From NCBI GenBank assembly GCA_038087875.1, contig CM075989.1, positions 16,990,001-17,054,000 on the forward strand: a DNA stretch of 64,000 bases. Direction: 5' to 3'. Positions 1 to 11,114 of the stretch are shown here, piece by piece (the stretch's first letter is position 1; each line of letters begins with the position of its first letter). Under the pieces are notes generated by a model. The model was not told the DNA's origin and searched no databases. It was given only the letters and a program-made list of their open reading frames with translations. This DNA is from Malacoraja senta (Eukaryota). The translations under genes and the position numbers were made by a program.

Positions 1-2
1 CA

Positions 3-71
3 TCTTCTTCTTCTTCTTCTTCTTCTTCTTCTTCTTCTTCTTCTTCTTCTTCTTCTTCTTCTTCTTCTTCT
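3..71. repeat. (TTC)n microsatellite, the (GAA)n tail of the adjacent minus-strand retroposon
   Basis: Perfect TTC run from window start, directly abutting the element at 72-202; the same CTT tail abuts the copy at 4135-4218. Confidence 0.95.
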
Positions 72-148
72 TTCGCGTGGCGTGCACAGCCTAAAGTTGT
101 TGGACAACTTGTTCTAGTATTTGATCTTCCGTTTGTGCACGTCGAGTT

Positions 149-202
149 GATTGCATTAGTCGAAACAGGGCGGACCACGTGAAGGTTGCAATCGTCCACT
201 CC
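149..202 (-). ncRNA. Minimal HDV-like (CPEB3-type) ribozyme candidate, no P4
   Basis: Minus strand GGAGTGG-AC-GATTGCA-ACC-TTCACGT-GGT-CCGCCCT-GT-TTCGA-CTAA-TGCAATC parses as P1/P2/P3/L3/P3'/P1'/J1-4/J4-2/P2'; one A-C mismatch in P1. Confidence 0.75.
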
Positions 203-574
203 GCCGAGATCTTCTCTGAATCCCTGACTCAGGACTATTTATGTCAATGGCTATTCTCCAGAGTTGGCACCACGGTTTATCCTGCAAGGCACCTTTGATA
301 GCAAAAAACAAAGTGCTTGAGGAACTCAACAAGTCAGGCAGCATCAGTGGAGGAAAATGAGCCACAATGTTGTGTCCCCTTTCACACTTCACCATACCTC
401 TTTGTTCCAAATATTTCTCTTCAAATTTGTTTGAAATCTTGTTGTGATCAGAGCCCCAATGCTGGGAATGTTGGAAGAGGAGTTGGTAGATTTGCATACC
501 CTGCACGATTGATGGATTTAGCGCAGATAGCATTGACCATAACTCCCCAGTACTCTTGAGATGCCTGATGTATA

Positions 575-800
575 TGGTAGGAAGGAACTGCAGATGCTGG
601 TTGATGCCGAAGATAGACACAAAATGCTGGAGTAACTCAGCGGGACCAGCAGCAATACTGGAGAGAAGGAATGGGTGATGTTTCCGGTCGAAACCTGAAG
701 AAGGGTCTCGACCTGAAACGTCACCCATTTCCCTCCAGAAATGTTGTCTGTCTGGCTGAGTTACTCCAGCATTTTACGTCTATCTCTGATGTATATAGTC
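575..800. mobile_element. Palindromic Penelope-derived non-autonomous element (inverted pseudo-LTR arms) with hammerhead core
   Basis: Arm ...gatagacacaaaatgctggagtaactcagc... is reverse-complemented by ...gctgagttactccagcattttacgtctatc; CTGAAGAAGGGTCTCGACCTGAAACGTC at ~696-723. Confidence 0.75.
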
Positions 801-859
801 CTTGGTTCTGAAGTGTATGAGACAGCAGGTAACCAGTGACCATGTTTTTTTTAGATTTA

Positions 860-1960
860 CGTGATTTTTGAAGAAGCATTTTCTCAGATTGGCAAAGCTG
901 AATCTGGTGAATCTTCTCAACCTTGTCTTCATTGACGGGTGGGTTCCTGAGAAATGGGAGGTGATCCATATTTACCAGGATCTCAGCATGGATCTTGAAT
1001 TGAAAGGAACGGTTTTGTGTGGAAAGGGGAGGTTTGTGAAGGACCAGTTGTCTTCTGAATATTTTATGCAGAATTCACTCAATTGTTTACTTCAATAAAG
1101 ATTTGAGCAATGACTCCAAGCTTGGTCTCTATGTATGCATAAAAGCAAATGTCAACGCATACTGCACCTGAAGCTATATATGTATTACTACCTAGAAGTG
1201 TAGCTAAAAAAATTGATGAAGTGAAGCAGCAGGCGTGGTGTACATGGACATTAGTAAGGCTTTTGACAAGTCCCACAGGGTAGATTGGTCCAGAAAGTGA
1301 ATGCACAAATAATCCATGACATGTTGGAAAACTGGATTTAAAATTGGCTTGTTGAAGGGAGAAGGGGGGTAGTTGTGAATGGGTGTTTTTGTAACTGGAA
1401 ATCTGTAACAAGTAGTGAACCTCAGATCAGTGCTGGGACCTTTGTTTATAATATTGGATGAGAATATAGGGGTATGATCAGTATATTTGCTGGTGGGGTT
1501 ATAGATAGCAAAGAAAGTTGTCTGATGATACACCAGGATACAGATCAACTGGAAATCTGGATGGAGAGGCCACAGGTGGATTTTAAATCAGGAAAGTGTG
1601 CAGGAGTACACTTTGGGAGTGCAGAGATGTTAAGAGCATTGATGTACTGAGAGACCTTGGGTCGCAAGGCCATAGTTACCTGAAAGTGGTAACACAGGTG
1701 TGGAAAGGATTTAAAAAAAAACAGCCTTTAGTATGGTTACCTTTATAGGCCAAGACATTAAATATGAGTTTGGACGTTAGTTTGCAGTTGTACAAACCAT
1801 TAGTTAGACCGCAATTACAATGAAAAGGCATTTAGTCAAGTCGACGGATAGCAAAGGCATAGAGAGATATGTGTCAAAAGCAGGCAAATGGCATCATGAT
1901 CAGCATGGTTGAGGTGGACTGGAAGGGTCTCTTTCTGTGCTGTACGTTTCTATGATTCTA
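860..1960 (+). mobile_element. Degenerate CR1 LINE RT and 3' tail fragment
   Basis: gtggtgtacatggacattagtaaggcttttgacaag reads VYMDISKAFDK (CR1 DFSKAFDKV motif); tail ctatgattctatg; many stops. Confidence 0.75.
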
Positions 1961-1961
1961 T

Positions 1962-2110
1962 GTCTCACCTGTGGCAGAGTCTGGTATCGCACCTTGGCCT
2001 CATCAGACACCTCCGAACCCATATCATGAGAGTGTAAGCAAGTCCTGAGAGTGTAAGTAAGTTACTCCAAGGGACTGCCTCTACTCCAAGGAACTGCCTC
2101 AGAAGATGAA
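1962..2110 (+). mobile_element. RTE-clade LINE 3' end fragment
   Basis: CLTCGRV...LGLIRHLRTH C2H2-like C-terminus typical of RTE ORFs, ending gaagatgaa; two short internal tandem duplications. Confidence 0.55.
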
Positions 2111-3366
2111 TATTTCTGAGGTAGAGGTGGGAGGCTTCTAGAAGTGGGAAAAAAACAACAGTGGGAGAAGCATGTTAAGGGCTCCATTTTAATGGCAATC
2201 CATCAGTTTGTTTCTGAATTGCCACAGCTTTTGTGTACAAATGTCCGAAATCTTTAACTAGCTCTCAGCCAATGGCTGTGCTCATTGAGATAGGGAGGGT
2301 GAGTGAAGAAAGGGAGAGATTATTTATTCCCTGCCTCACACCTACTAAAATGCTCCGTACATAAAATGATTCAGGTCATTTCCCTGTGTATGTAATCTGA
2401 ATCTGGTATTAGTATTGGTTTATTATTGTCACGTGTACTGAGATGCAGTGAAAAGCTATTTGCATGCCATTCTTGTTATCAGGAAAAATTGCTGGAATTA
2501 AAAAATATATATTTCCACCCATTTTTTCTGCAGACTTCCTCTGACTGCAAAATATATGTCTAGAAGGTCGAGAAGGAATGCCGCACCCGTGCCTGTACGA
2601 ATGACAGTGGCCATCAATGACATTGTCATGAGTCTCCAGTCACCAAATTAGAATTGGTCTTCAGCCTGAAACAGGAAAGAGTCTGAGCCACCCAAGCAGA
2701 GGACAAAACTGACTTGGCTACAAAGGAGTAAGGATTTCAAGGACCCATATTGCTGCTAGTATATAATTATAACCGACCACCCTCTGTTACACTTGACACA
2801 ATTTTCACAATTACGTACATTCCAATAACCAAAACGTTTCTCCTTTTAACAGTTTGTCAGAGAATAGCTGATTAATAACCCTCCAAATGCTATTCTCAAT
2901 CCCACTGTATAATTCATTATAGTTCGCAACACATCTGCATATCTTAGACCAGTACTCGTCACACACACACACACACAGAATAACCATTTACGCTGTTCTC
3001 TTATTTAACATTCACAAAGGAGCAGCAGCAGAAATAACAGTCATTGATCCAGATTTTCTCTCATTGTTTTCCCACTACTCCTTGGGGGTGTGATTCTAAT
3101 GCTTTACAGTAGCACGGAGACACAGCATGAATCTTAATGTCCTCCTTCAGCTGTGTAGCAGGAAGTTTCAATGCACCAGATGGGAACTGAACCACTGTGC
3201 GGTGATCACTACAACAAACACCACACTGAGCATTGTACGCTGTTTTGAATATTATGCACAGAACATCGTACACTGAACGGGATATTTTAAGAAACATTTA
3301 GACAGGTACATGGATACGATAGGTTTAGAGTGAAACCCTCACAAACCCTCGCACGCACGCCAGGAT

Positions 3367-3420
3367 GATTGCATTCGTTGAAACAGGGTGGACCACATGA
3401 AGGTTGCAATCTCCCACCCC
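3367..3420 (-). ncRNA. Minimal HDV-like ribozyme candidate (second copy, head of truncated retroposon 3351-3420)
   Basis: GGGGTGG-GA-GATTGCA-ACC-TTCATGT-GGT-CCACCCT-GT-TTCAA-CGAA-TGCAATC; full 7-bp P1 with G1-U wobble, 7-bp P2, 3-bp P3, J4/2 CGAA. Confidence 0.8.
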
Positions 3421-3629
3421 ACAGGGAGGTGAGAATAGTGTTGATGGGGCACGTTGGTCGGCATGGGAAGTTGGGCCAAAGAGTCTGTTTCCACACTGTA
3501 TACCTCTTATGACTCTATAACTGCAAGTACTGGAATCTGATAAGTAAGCAAGATGATAATGTGAACCATTAAGGGAGAGGTGAAGGACAGATGTCACCAG
3601 ATGGGCACGAGATCCATAGACACAGGCAG

Positions 3630-3878
3630 TTTCAATTCCTTTTCAACTCTTACACTGACCGTCCATCGTAAACTGGAAGAACAACATTTCATATTCCACC
3701 TGGGTAGGCCACAACTCGATCGTCAGAACATTCAATTGAACATTGGTCTGAAGAAGGTCCTGACCTGAAATGTCACCTTTCCATGTTCTCCAGAGATACT
3801 GCCTAACGTGATGTGTTACTCCAGCACTTTGTGTTTGTTTTTTTGTAAACCAGCATCTGCAGTTCCTTGTGTCCACAT
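3630..3878 (+). mobile_element. Penelope-like element 3' fragment (endonuclease C-terminus + pseudo-LTR)
   Basis: RKLEEQHFIFHLG matches the PLE C-terminal motif, followed by ctgaagaaggtcctgacctgaaatgtcacc and the common pLTR arm. Confidence 0.7.
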
Positions 3879-4134
3879 AGAATTTTTCAACATCAGGTAA
3901 CCCTTACCTCCTGTGTACCCCTCTCCCATTCCTTCCGATCCACTTCTATTGTTGTTCCCTTTCCCATATCCCCCACCAGCACCCCAAATTTACCATTCAA
4001 CTACATTAGGGGCAATTTACAGTGGCCAATTAACCTACCACCCCACGCACTTTTGAGGTAGTGGAGGAAACTGAAGCACCCAGAGGAAACCCATTAGGTC
4101 ACAGAGAACACATGCAAACCCTAAGCAGGGAGCA

Positions 4135-4218
4135 CTTCTTCTTCTTGCGTATGGCGTGCACAGCCTAAAGTTGTAGGTCAACTTGTTCTATTTGATCTAT
4201 TTGTTTTTGCACGTCCAG
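4135..4218 (-). mobile_element. 5'-truncated copy of the (GAA)n-tailed retroposon
   Basis: cttcttcttcttgcgtatggcgtgcacagcctaaagttgt... aligns with 60-145. Confidence 0.85.
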
Positions 4219-4224
4219 ATTTCA

Positions 4225-4545
4225 CTACGTCTGTGTGAAAATGTTTTTCCTGATTTTGCTCCTGAGAAGCTTGGCTGCAGATTTAATTCTCCTTTCTTGC
4301 GTTTGATCCCACAATGGTGGTGCTAGTCTCTCTGTATCCAACATAAATAAACCTTCTAACATTTTAAACACCTCAATCAGATCTCCCTTCGGTCTTTTCC
4401 ACTCGAGAGAAGACATCACATTTATTAATCCTGACCTCATAATTTACCACTTTGACTTTCGATATTATTCCGGTGACTCTCCACTGCATTCTCTCCAAGG
4501 CCAATATATTTCTCCTGATGCTTGGTGTCTGGAACAGTAAACAGA
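4225..4545 (-). mobile_element. CR1 LINE 3' ORF2 fragment
   Basis: SSLEWKRPKGDLIEVFKML...IRKNIFTQ matches the CR1 C-terminus (compare SLEFRRLRGDLIETYKIL at 22120-23253). Confidence 0.8.
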
Positions 4546-4814
4546 TCTCAGGAAATAATAGTCCTGGAACTAGCCAATAAATCATGCACCATCTGTGGAA
4601 AAAGAAACGGTGACCATGTATCAGGTTGATGACGTTTCATCAATCTTCCAAAGAGTTCACACAGAGACAAATAGGGCTCCAGAGTTTGACTGATAAAGAT
4701 TACACAACTGAACTGTAACCCCCTCCCCTTGTACTGCAGCCTACTTGAAGTAAAAGCCCACAATCTGCTAACCTTCTGCTTTCTCTCGCTGTCTGGTAGA
4801 GTTAATGATTTGTT

Positions 4815-5350
4815 ATTGATATTGGTTTATTATTGTCATGTATACTGAGACACGGTGAAATTATTGATTTTGCTTGCTATCCAGTCAAATCATTCTATGT
4901 ATGAGTGCAATTAATCCTTGCACAAATACAACTGGTAATGTAAAGAGAAAAACAGAATGCATAATATAGTATTGCAGCTACAGAGGAACTGCAGAACAAA
5001 ACAAGTGCACGGCAGCATCGAGGTAGGTTGGGAGTTCTGGACTCTTAACTTAAGAAAGGTCAGATCAGTAGCCTGATAATAGCAGGGAAGCTTTTCCAGA
5101 GCCTAATGGTACAAGCTTTTATTTCTTCTGCACGACGGGAAAGGAAGAAGCAGGAATGACCGAGCTGTTAGCGGCCCTTCATTATATTGGCTGCTCTCTC
5201 AAGGTAGCCTGGAGTGGAGATGGAGTCAGTGGGAGGGGGGAGGGGGGCTAATTTGCATGGTGGACTGGGCTACACCTACAACTCCTTGAAATTTCTTGCT
5301 GTCTTGGTCAGAACAGTTGCCCAAACTAAGTTGTGCTGCAATCCATAGGA
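4815..5350 (-). mobile_element. Degenerate LINE 3' region (Rex1/L2-type tail)
   Basis: Tail ggtttattattgtcatgtatactgagacacggtgaaa also at ~2415, ~25620, ~49480 and reversed at ~60230. Confidence 0.5.
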
Positions 5351-5384
5351 TACTTTCTACAGTGCAAAAAATCATGAGTACAAT

Positions 5385-5720
5385 AGAGTAGATAAATGCA
5401 CAGTCTTTTGCCCATACGGGAATCGAGAACCAGAGGACATGGGTTTAAGGTGAGGGGGTAAATATATAATAGGAACCTGAGGGATAACATTTTTACATAA
5501 AGGGTATGGAACGAGCTGCTGGAGGACGTAGTTGAGGCCGTTACTATTGCAACATTTAAGAAACATTTGGGCAGGTACACGGATAGGTTTAGAGGGATAT
5601 GGACCAAATGCAGGCAGGTGGGTCTATTGAAAATGGGACATGATGATCGGCATGGGCAAATTAAGCTGAAGGGCCTGTTCCCACACTGTATGACTCTGTG
5701 AATCTATGCATCTATAAGGT
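5385..5720 (+). mobile_element. CR1 LINE 3' end
   Basis: agaaccagaggacatgggtttaaggtgag...gggcctgttcccacactgtatgactctgtg CR1/HER1 tail. Confidence 0.75.
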
Positions 5721-6454
5721 TGGAGTCTTTGGCAACATGCCAAATTGCATTGGATTTGTATGTATTCCCAAATCCTTTCACTGCTCTCTAGTACTGACAT
5801 TCGAGATGTGTGCTGTGATGGACTGTGCTGGAATCTGGTGGTACATGCTTCCAAGTGGTTACACTCACTGAAGCATCACTGGATCAGGCACTCACATGGA
5901 ATTAGTGCTGCCTTGTGAGAGCTGTACAACTGAGCCGGGAAAAAAATAGGCATTTTCCAAAGAGGCTTTTATCAAACATTTCTTAATGATTGGATGATAG
6001 CCGGCCCCAACAAGTTCACACATTGTGTGTCGGTTTATTAGTTTGACAATGACTGATAACCATTGGTAGTCCTCTTCTCAGGAATTAGGCAGGTCAATTT
6101 GTATTATTGATTGATCCCATTTATGCAGTTTTTGAAAATGTAGAGTTTACAGGAAATGCTGTCCAAGAAATCAAAGGGGAAATCAATCCAATTATATTTG
6201 CTGTCGTTGTCAGTGAAGGTGATTTAGTTGCCATTTTGCAGACACAAGCAGAAACAAGTGAGCCCACTGGTTAACATTGTCCCAATTAATCTCTCACAGA
6301 ACATTTGCATGTCACTATGGTTAACTTAGTCAAGTCCTGGCAGCAGCAGCGACCAAGGATATTGTCAATATCTTCAGACCCATCCACTGCCTGAGTAATG
6401 CATCCTCACAGATCCAATGACCTGGCTTTGATCCTGACCTCCAGAATTGTCTCC

Positions 6455-6800
6455 CTGTGATGGAGTGGATGTGGAAAGGATGTTTCCACTCGTGGGAGAG
6501 TCAAGGACCAGAGGCCATAACCTCAGAATAAAATAACGTCCCATTAGAAAGGAAATGAGGAACAACTTCTTTAGTGGGTGGGTGATGAATCTGTGGAATT
6601 CATTGCCACAGAGGGATGTGGAGGCCAAGTCAATGAATATGTTTAAGGTGAAGATTGACAGATGCATCATTAGTACAGGTGTCCATGGTTATGGGGAGAA
6701 GGCAGGAGAATGGGTTTGCGAGGGAAAAATGGATCAGCCACAATTGAATGGCGGATGGGCGGAATGATGTAATTCTTCTCCTATAACATAAACTTATGAT
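6455..6800 (+). mobile_element. CR1 LINE 3' end
   Basis: MRNNFFSGWVMNLWNSLPQ...GYGEKAGEW CR1 C-terminal peptide. Confidence 0.8.
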
Positions 6801-8384
6801 CATGTAGAAACAAAGAACTGAAGGTGCTGGATTACACAAAAGGACACACAGTGTCACGATCCAAAACGTTACGAATCCATGTTTTCTAGAGATGCTGCTT
6901 GACCTGCTGGATTGCTCCAGCACTTTGTATCCTCTCCATGATCATGTTAGTTTTCTCCGGGTGCTCCCGTTTCCTCCTGCATTCCAAAGCTGAGCAAGTT
7001 AGCAGGTTAATTGTCGACTGTAAATGCACCATGAGTAGGTGGGCAGCAGGAGAACCATTGGGGAGTTGTTCGACAGGTGAAAGAGAATAGGTTACATGGA
7101 AATAAATGTGTGAATTGGATTAATGGACTACTTATAGTGTCGGCACAGACTTGATGGGCCGAATGGCCTTCTATATTATAAATATGAAAGCTCGGTGGAC
7201 AACACATTCATGTAATGCCTGTACCAAGTATATCAGTTCACTGTGTTCTCTGCATCTTCTCAACCCATCCATCCCTTGGGTTTTCAACTTTCAGTTGAGG
7301 AAATCTATGTTGAACTATGTAACTGCTTCAATGCCTTTGCAAAATATGTGCCACTTTGCTACATTGCCACATAGCCTAATTTGTGATGGTTCTAAGGTTG
7401 TGCCTTTAACCTTTCAACTTCAGCGGACTAAGCTTAGAAGTGTATATTGTCAAGAGGGAGCAATGAGCTGAAGCTTTGGCCAGTGACATTCCTTCGTTAT
7501 TGTGCCAGTGAGTCTCTCTATTGCAAGGATAGTCATGTGTATGTAGCACCTCAGATCAATTTACACCTAATTAATGTTACGTTATAGCTCAAAAGGCTTT
7601 CCATTTTCAGATCTGTATAATATTTTCAAAACAGGGTTCAGTGCCATGTCACAGTATTGTGTTTGCAAATATCTTGACACATGAGTGGACGTATGCACCC
7701 ACAATGGAAATTCAAGCATGTGAAGCGTTCACAATTTTGTCCATTGCCTGTTTTGGAATTTCTTATCTGTGCAGCTTGCAAGTTGCAAATTAGTTGATTT
7801 CAGCAACACTTGATGGGTGAGAGAAGTAGCAGATCTAAAACTGCTGCTTACACTGCGAGTGCTATTTTAAACCAGGTCGAATTTGTTCATTTCGCTGGGT
7901 TGGGTGATGTTAACAATATAGATTGAAGTGCCACATTGTACTGTGTGAACGACACATTCATAGTTTCCACTCTCAAGATCAATTGATTTCCTTGGTCGCA
8001 ATGTCACGCAGTGTTTTTTTTGTGTGGAAGACCTGTGGTCTGGACCTCATCCCTGAGCCTTAGCTTCTTCTGGTCTTTTTGACCAATTTAAGCCCTCATC
8101 TTTGAAACTTCCCCTCTTAATACTTATTGCTTTGTGTGCTCAAGTTTGATAGGATCATAGAGACTTGCAGTGTGGAAAGAAGCCCTATGGCCCAACTTGC
8201 CCACACGGGCCAACATGTCCCATCTACTTTAGTCCCACCTACCTGCATTTGGTCCTTACCAGTCCCTCTAAACCTGTGCTATCCATGCACCTGTTTAAAT
8301 GTTTCTGAAACATCCATGTTACTTTTATGGAAGGAATTTCACAATTATTCCTGTTATAAATTTCTCTTCAGAAGAAACTAGGTA

Positions 8385-8630
8385 TAATACAATACAATAA
8401 TACTTTATCAGCCAAGTATGTTTTGCAATATACGAAGAATTTTATTTGCCAAGTCAGTCATACAAATAAAAAGCAATGGAACACACAAAATGCATTTTCG
8501 CATAAACATCCACCACAGTGACTCCTCCACATTCCTCACTGTGATGGAAGGCGAAAAAAAAAGTTACATCTCTTCTCTTCTTTGTTCTCCCGCGGTCGGG
8601 GGCCTCAAGCCTTCTGTTGACGGGATGATC
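8385..8630 (-). mobile_element. Non-autonomous retroposon, hairpin family (copy 1)
   Basis: Shares cataaacatccaccacagtg...ctcactgtgatggaagg core with 13033-13400, 17083-17675 and 38440-38925; short-repeat tail next to a poly(A)-signal-like motif. Confidence 0.65.
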
Positions 8631-8639
8631 TTATATGAT

Positions 8640-9478
8640 TTCTCTGGGTGATCCGGTTTCCTTCCACAATACAAAGACATGCATGTTTGTAGGTTCATCG
8701 TTTTCTGTAAATTGTCCCTAGTGTGCAGGGTAGAACTAGTGTATGCGGTGATTGCTGGTCCGCGTGGACTCGGTCAGGGGCCGAAAACACAGGGGGGGCC
8801 AGAGGGGACACATCCCCCCCATGTTTTGAGAGGTGGGGGATATCCCCCCCAAGTTTTTGTGATCCGTATTTTAAAATCTCCGCTTTCCACGAGACAGTGG
8901 GGGTGAGACTGATGTTCGAGGGCGCGATGATTGGCGGAGGGAGGAGTGGGGAGTCCCGGTGGGACTGAGGATAGAGTGCGGCGATTGGAGGAGGGAGACG
9001 TGGCACAGACCTACGCCTCATCCGCAGGCAGGATCAATCCCGGCCGGGTCTCTGGCGCTGTCCCGAGTGCCCCCCCCCCGCGGGTGTCCAGAGAGGTCGG
9101 GAGTCAGACGCGAGCTGTGCCCCCAGGCCCACAGCCAGCGCAGAGAAACAGCACTAAACCCAGCTCAACTCTGCCTGTCCCTGCCAGGTTAACCTGCCTG
9201 GGCTTGCGGGAAATATGGCCAGCGTGGAGAAGCTGCGCTGGTATCCCGTCAGTCCAGTCAGGGCTGTAGTTAACCCGGTGAGACAGGCAGTGTGGAGCTG
9301 CATTTAACGCTGGATTGAGCCTCCGAAGCCTCGCGTGTGTGTGAGTATGCGCATGCACGCGCGGCCGCCAAAACATTGTGTCCCCCGTCCCCTCCATGTT
9401 TTGATAGCGAGTTCCGCTCTTGGACTCGGTGGGCCGAAGGGCCCATTTCCACGCTGTACCTAAACTAAACTAAACCAA
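8640..9478 (+). mobile_element. HE1/V-SINE-type SINE interrupted by an hAT MITE
   Basis: V-domain-like tccggtttccttccac...gtaggtt, resuming after the MITE with gggccgaagggcccatttccacgctgta...(ctaaa)n. Confidence 0.75.
8775..9422. mobile_element. Non-autonomous hAT-type DNA transposon (MITE)
   Basis: Perfect 8-bp TSD GACTCGGT (8767-8774, 9423-9430); imperfect TIRs CAGGGGCCGAAA / revcomp CAAGAGCGGAAC; GC-rich interior, no transposase. Confidence 0.8.
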
Positions 9479-10290
9479 ATTGGAGCAAGGCATCTCTAAA
9501 TCCAGTTGCACAGCAACACCAATATTTGGGAAATGCTTGTCAGATATGTCCTAACTTCACCACTGTGTATACAATTGTACATCCTGTGTTGAGGACAGCT
9601 CGCATCTTGTGTCTGTCCTTTCAGCTTCACCCCAACCATGGCTGGGAGATCAATATGGCCCTGTCATTTGAGTCGAGTCACCTAGCTGCATTTTTTAGAG
9701 ATACAGCATGGAAACGGGCCCTTCGGCCCACCAGGTCCACACCATCCATTGATCCGGATTGCTCCTCAGTGATGGGGCCTCAGAGAAGAACCTGGAGATC
9801 ACGATTTCATCTTCCAATGAAGTGGCTGCAATTTGCACTTTTTAAACTTTTCACAGAAAGGAATAACCTCAATCGGTCACCATCCCACTGCCGGTTCCAT
9901 GGGAGATAAATGCACCTAAAAGGAGGTGATGTCATGACTCTCATGACCTCTGTATTGACCTTTGGGCCAGTAGTCAATACAAAGGACATCAAAGTGGCGT
10001 CAATAGGTTTGATATCCATGACGTACTCTGTGCACAATCCTTGCTCAGCCTTCTGAAACTGAAATCTTCCACTCACATTATGTGCAAATTAACAAAAGAA
10101 GATTTGTGCAGCAGAGTAAATCGCTTTCGCATTATGGTTGCACATGCATGATTATTGCAGTGAGGTAGCACTAATCACGTTAGTGGTCAGTGACAGGTTA
10201 ATGGACTCCAGTAAGTTAAACTGACCCGTGTGACAATTCAATTAATACCGAAAGTCTGCTTTGTTTACAGTGATCAGGCTGCCTTTGAAA

Positions 10291-10415
10291 GTATGTTATC
10301 AGTACGTTCAAAATAAATGTAGTATTGAGCATCACATTTCATTTGTTTTCCTCTAAATGTATGTTATCTGTACATTCAGAATAAGTGCAATATTGAGCAA
10401 CATATTTCATTTGTT
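10291..10415. repeat. Diverged tandem duplication, 68-bp period
   Basis: gtatgttatcagtacgttcaaaataaatgtagtattgagc... repeated at 10359 as gtatgttatctgtacattcagaataagtgcaatattgagc... Confidence 0.85.
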
Positions 10416-11114
10416 GATGTGACCTTTCCAACCTGCTCCTGATCACACAGCTGTTACACCAAGTGAGCTCAAAATACCCTCTGCCTTTGATCGGGAAAAA
10501 TCATTGGTATAGGAAGATAATTTCAAGTCCTCATTACTGCTCTGGTTATAATTTTGCAGGTTTGGCATGAAGCTTGTTTGCTTATGAAAAGATCACCATG
10601 GGCTGGCTAAATTGCTTTAACTCTGATCTTGATAGAAGAGCAGGTTTAAACTATAGCAGTGGCTGCTATTTTACAGCCAATTTGCAGTTGCTGAATCTTC
10701 GCCTTTGGAAAATGGATTTGCATAAATCTGCAATAACAAGAGACATTTTAGAAATGTAACTTGTGTCTCAAATCTGTGGAAAACATGAAGTGCGTTCCTT
10801 TGTTCAATATATGATGGGAAATGCATTTAGTCAAAACATTAGTGACAGGATGGATATCCTGGGTGATCAATTGGTTAGTTTACAACATTTATGATGGGAC
10901 ATGCAGCTTTATCTTAATTCTTTATCTTAACGTGATATTTCATGTGATGCAAGCCATGACAGAAAAGATGAAAATATATTCAGGGATGTGTTATTATGCT
11001 GAACAAGGATATTCAAATACGTTGTAAAGAATCATATTTTAATTTGTTTTTTTAATTATTCATTTTGGTATCTGTACACTGCTCACAAGATCACCATTTG
11101 TTGTCTGTCTATAA

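Larger units (their letters stand above)
3..202 (-). mobile_element. Short non-autonomous retroposon (~130 bp + (GAA)n tail) with HDV-like ribozyme head
   Basis: Homologous partial copies at 3351-3420 (head) and 4135-4218 (tail); simple-repeat 3' tail; internal stems CGTGCACA/TGTGCACG and AAGTTGT-CCA-ACAACTT. Confidence 0.75.

Noticed and set aside
156..728. 190-aa minus-strand ORF
   Set aside because: Runs through a Penelope-derived repeat and the ribozyme retroposon; the same peptides recur wherever those repeats occur
3351..4218. Head (3351-3420) and tail (4135-4218) as one split retroposon
   Set aside because: On the minus strand the tail piece lies upstream of the head piece, the wrong order
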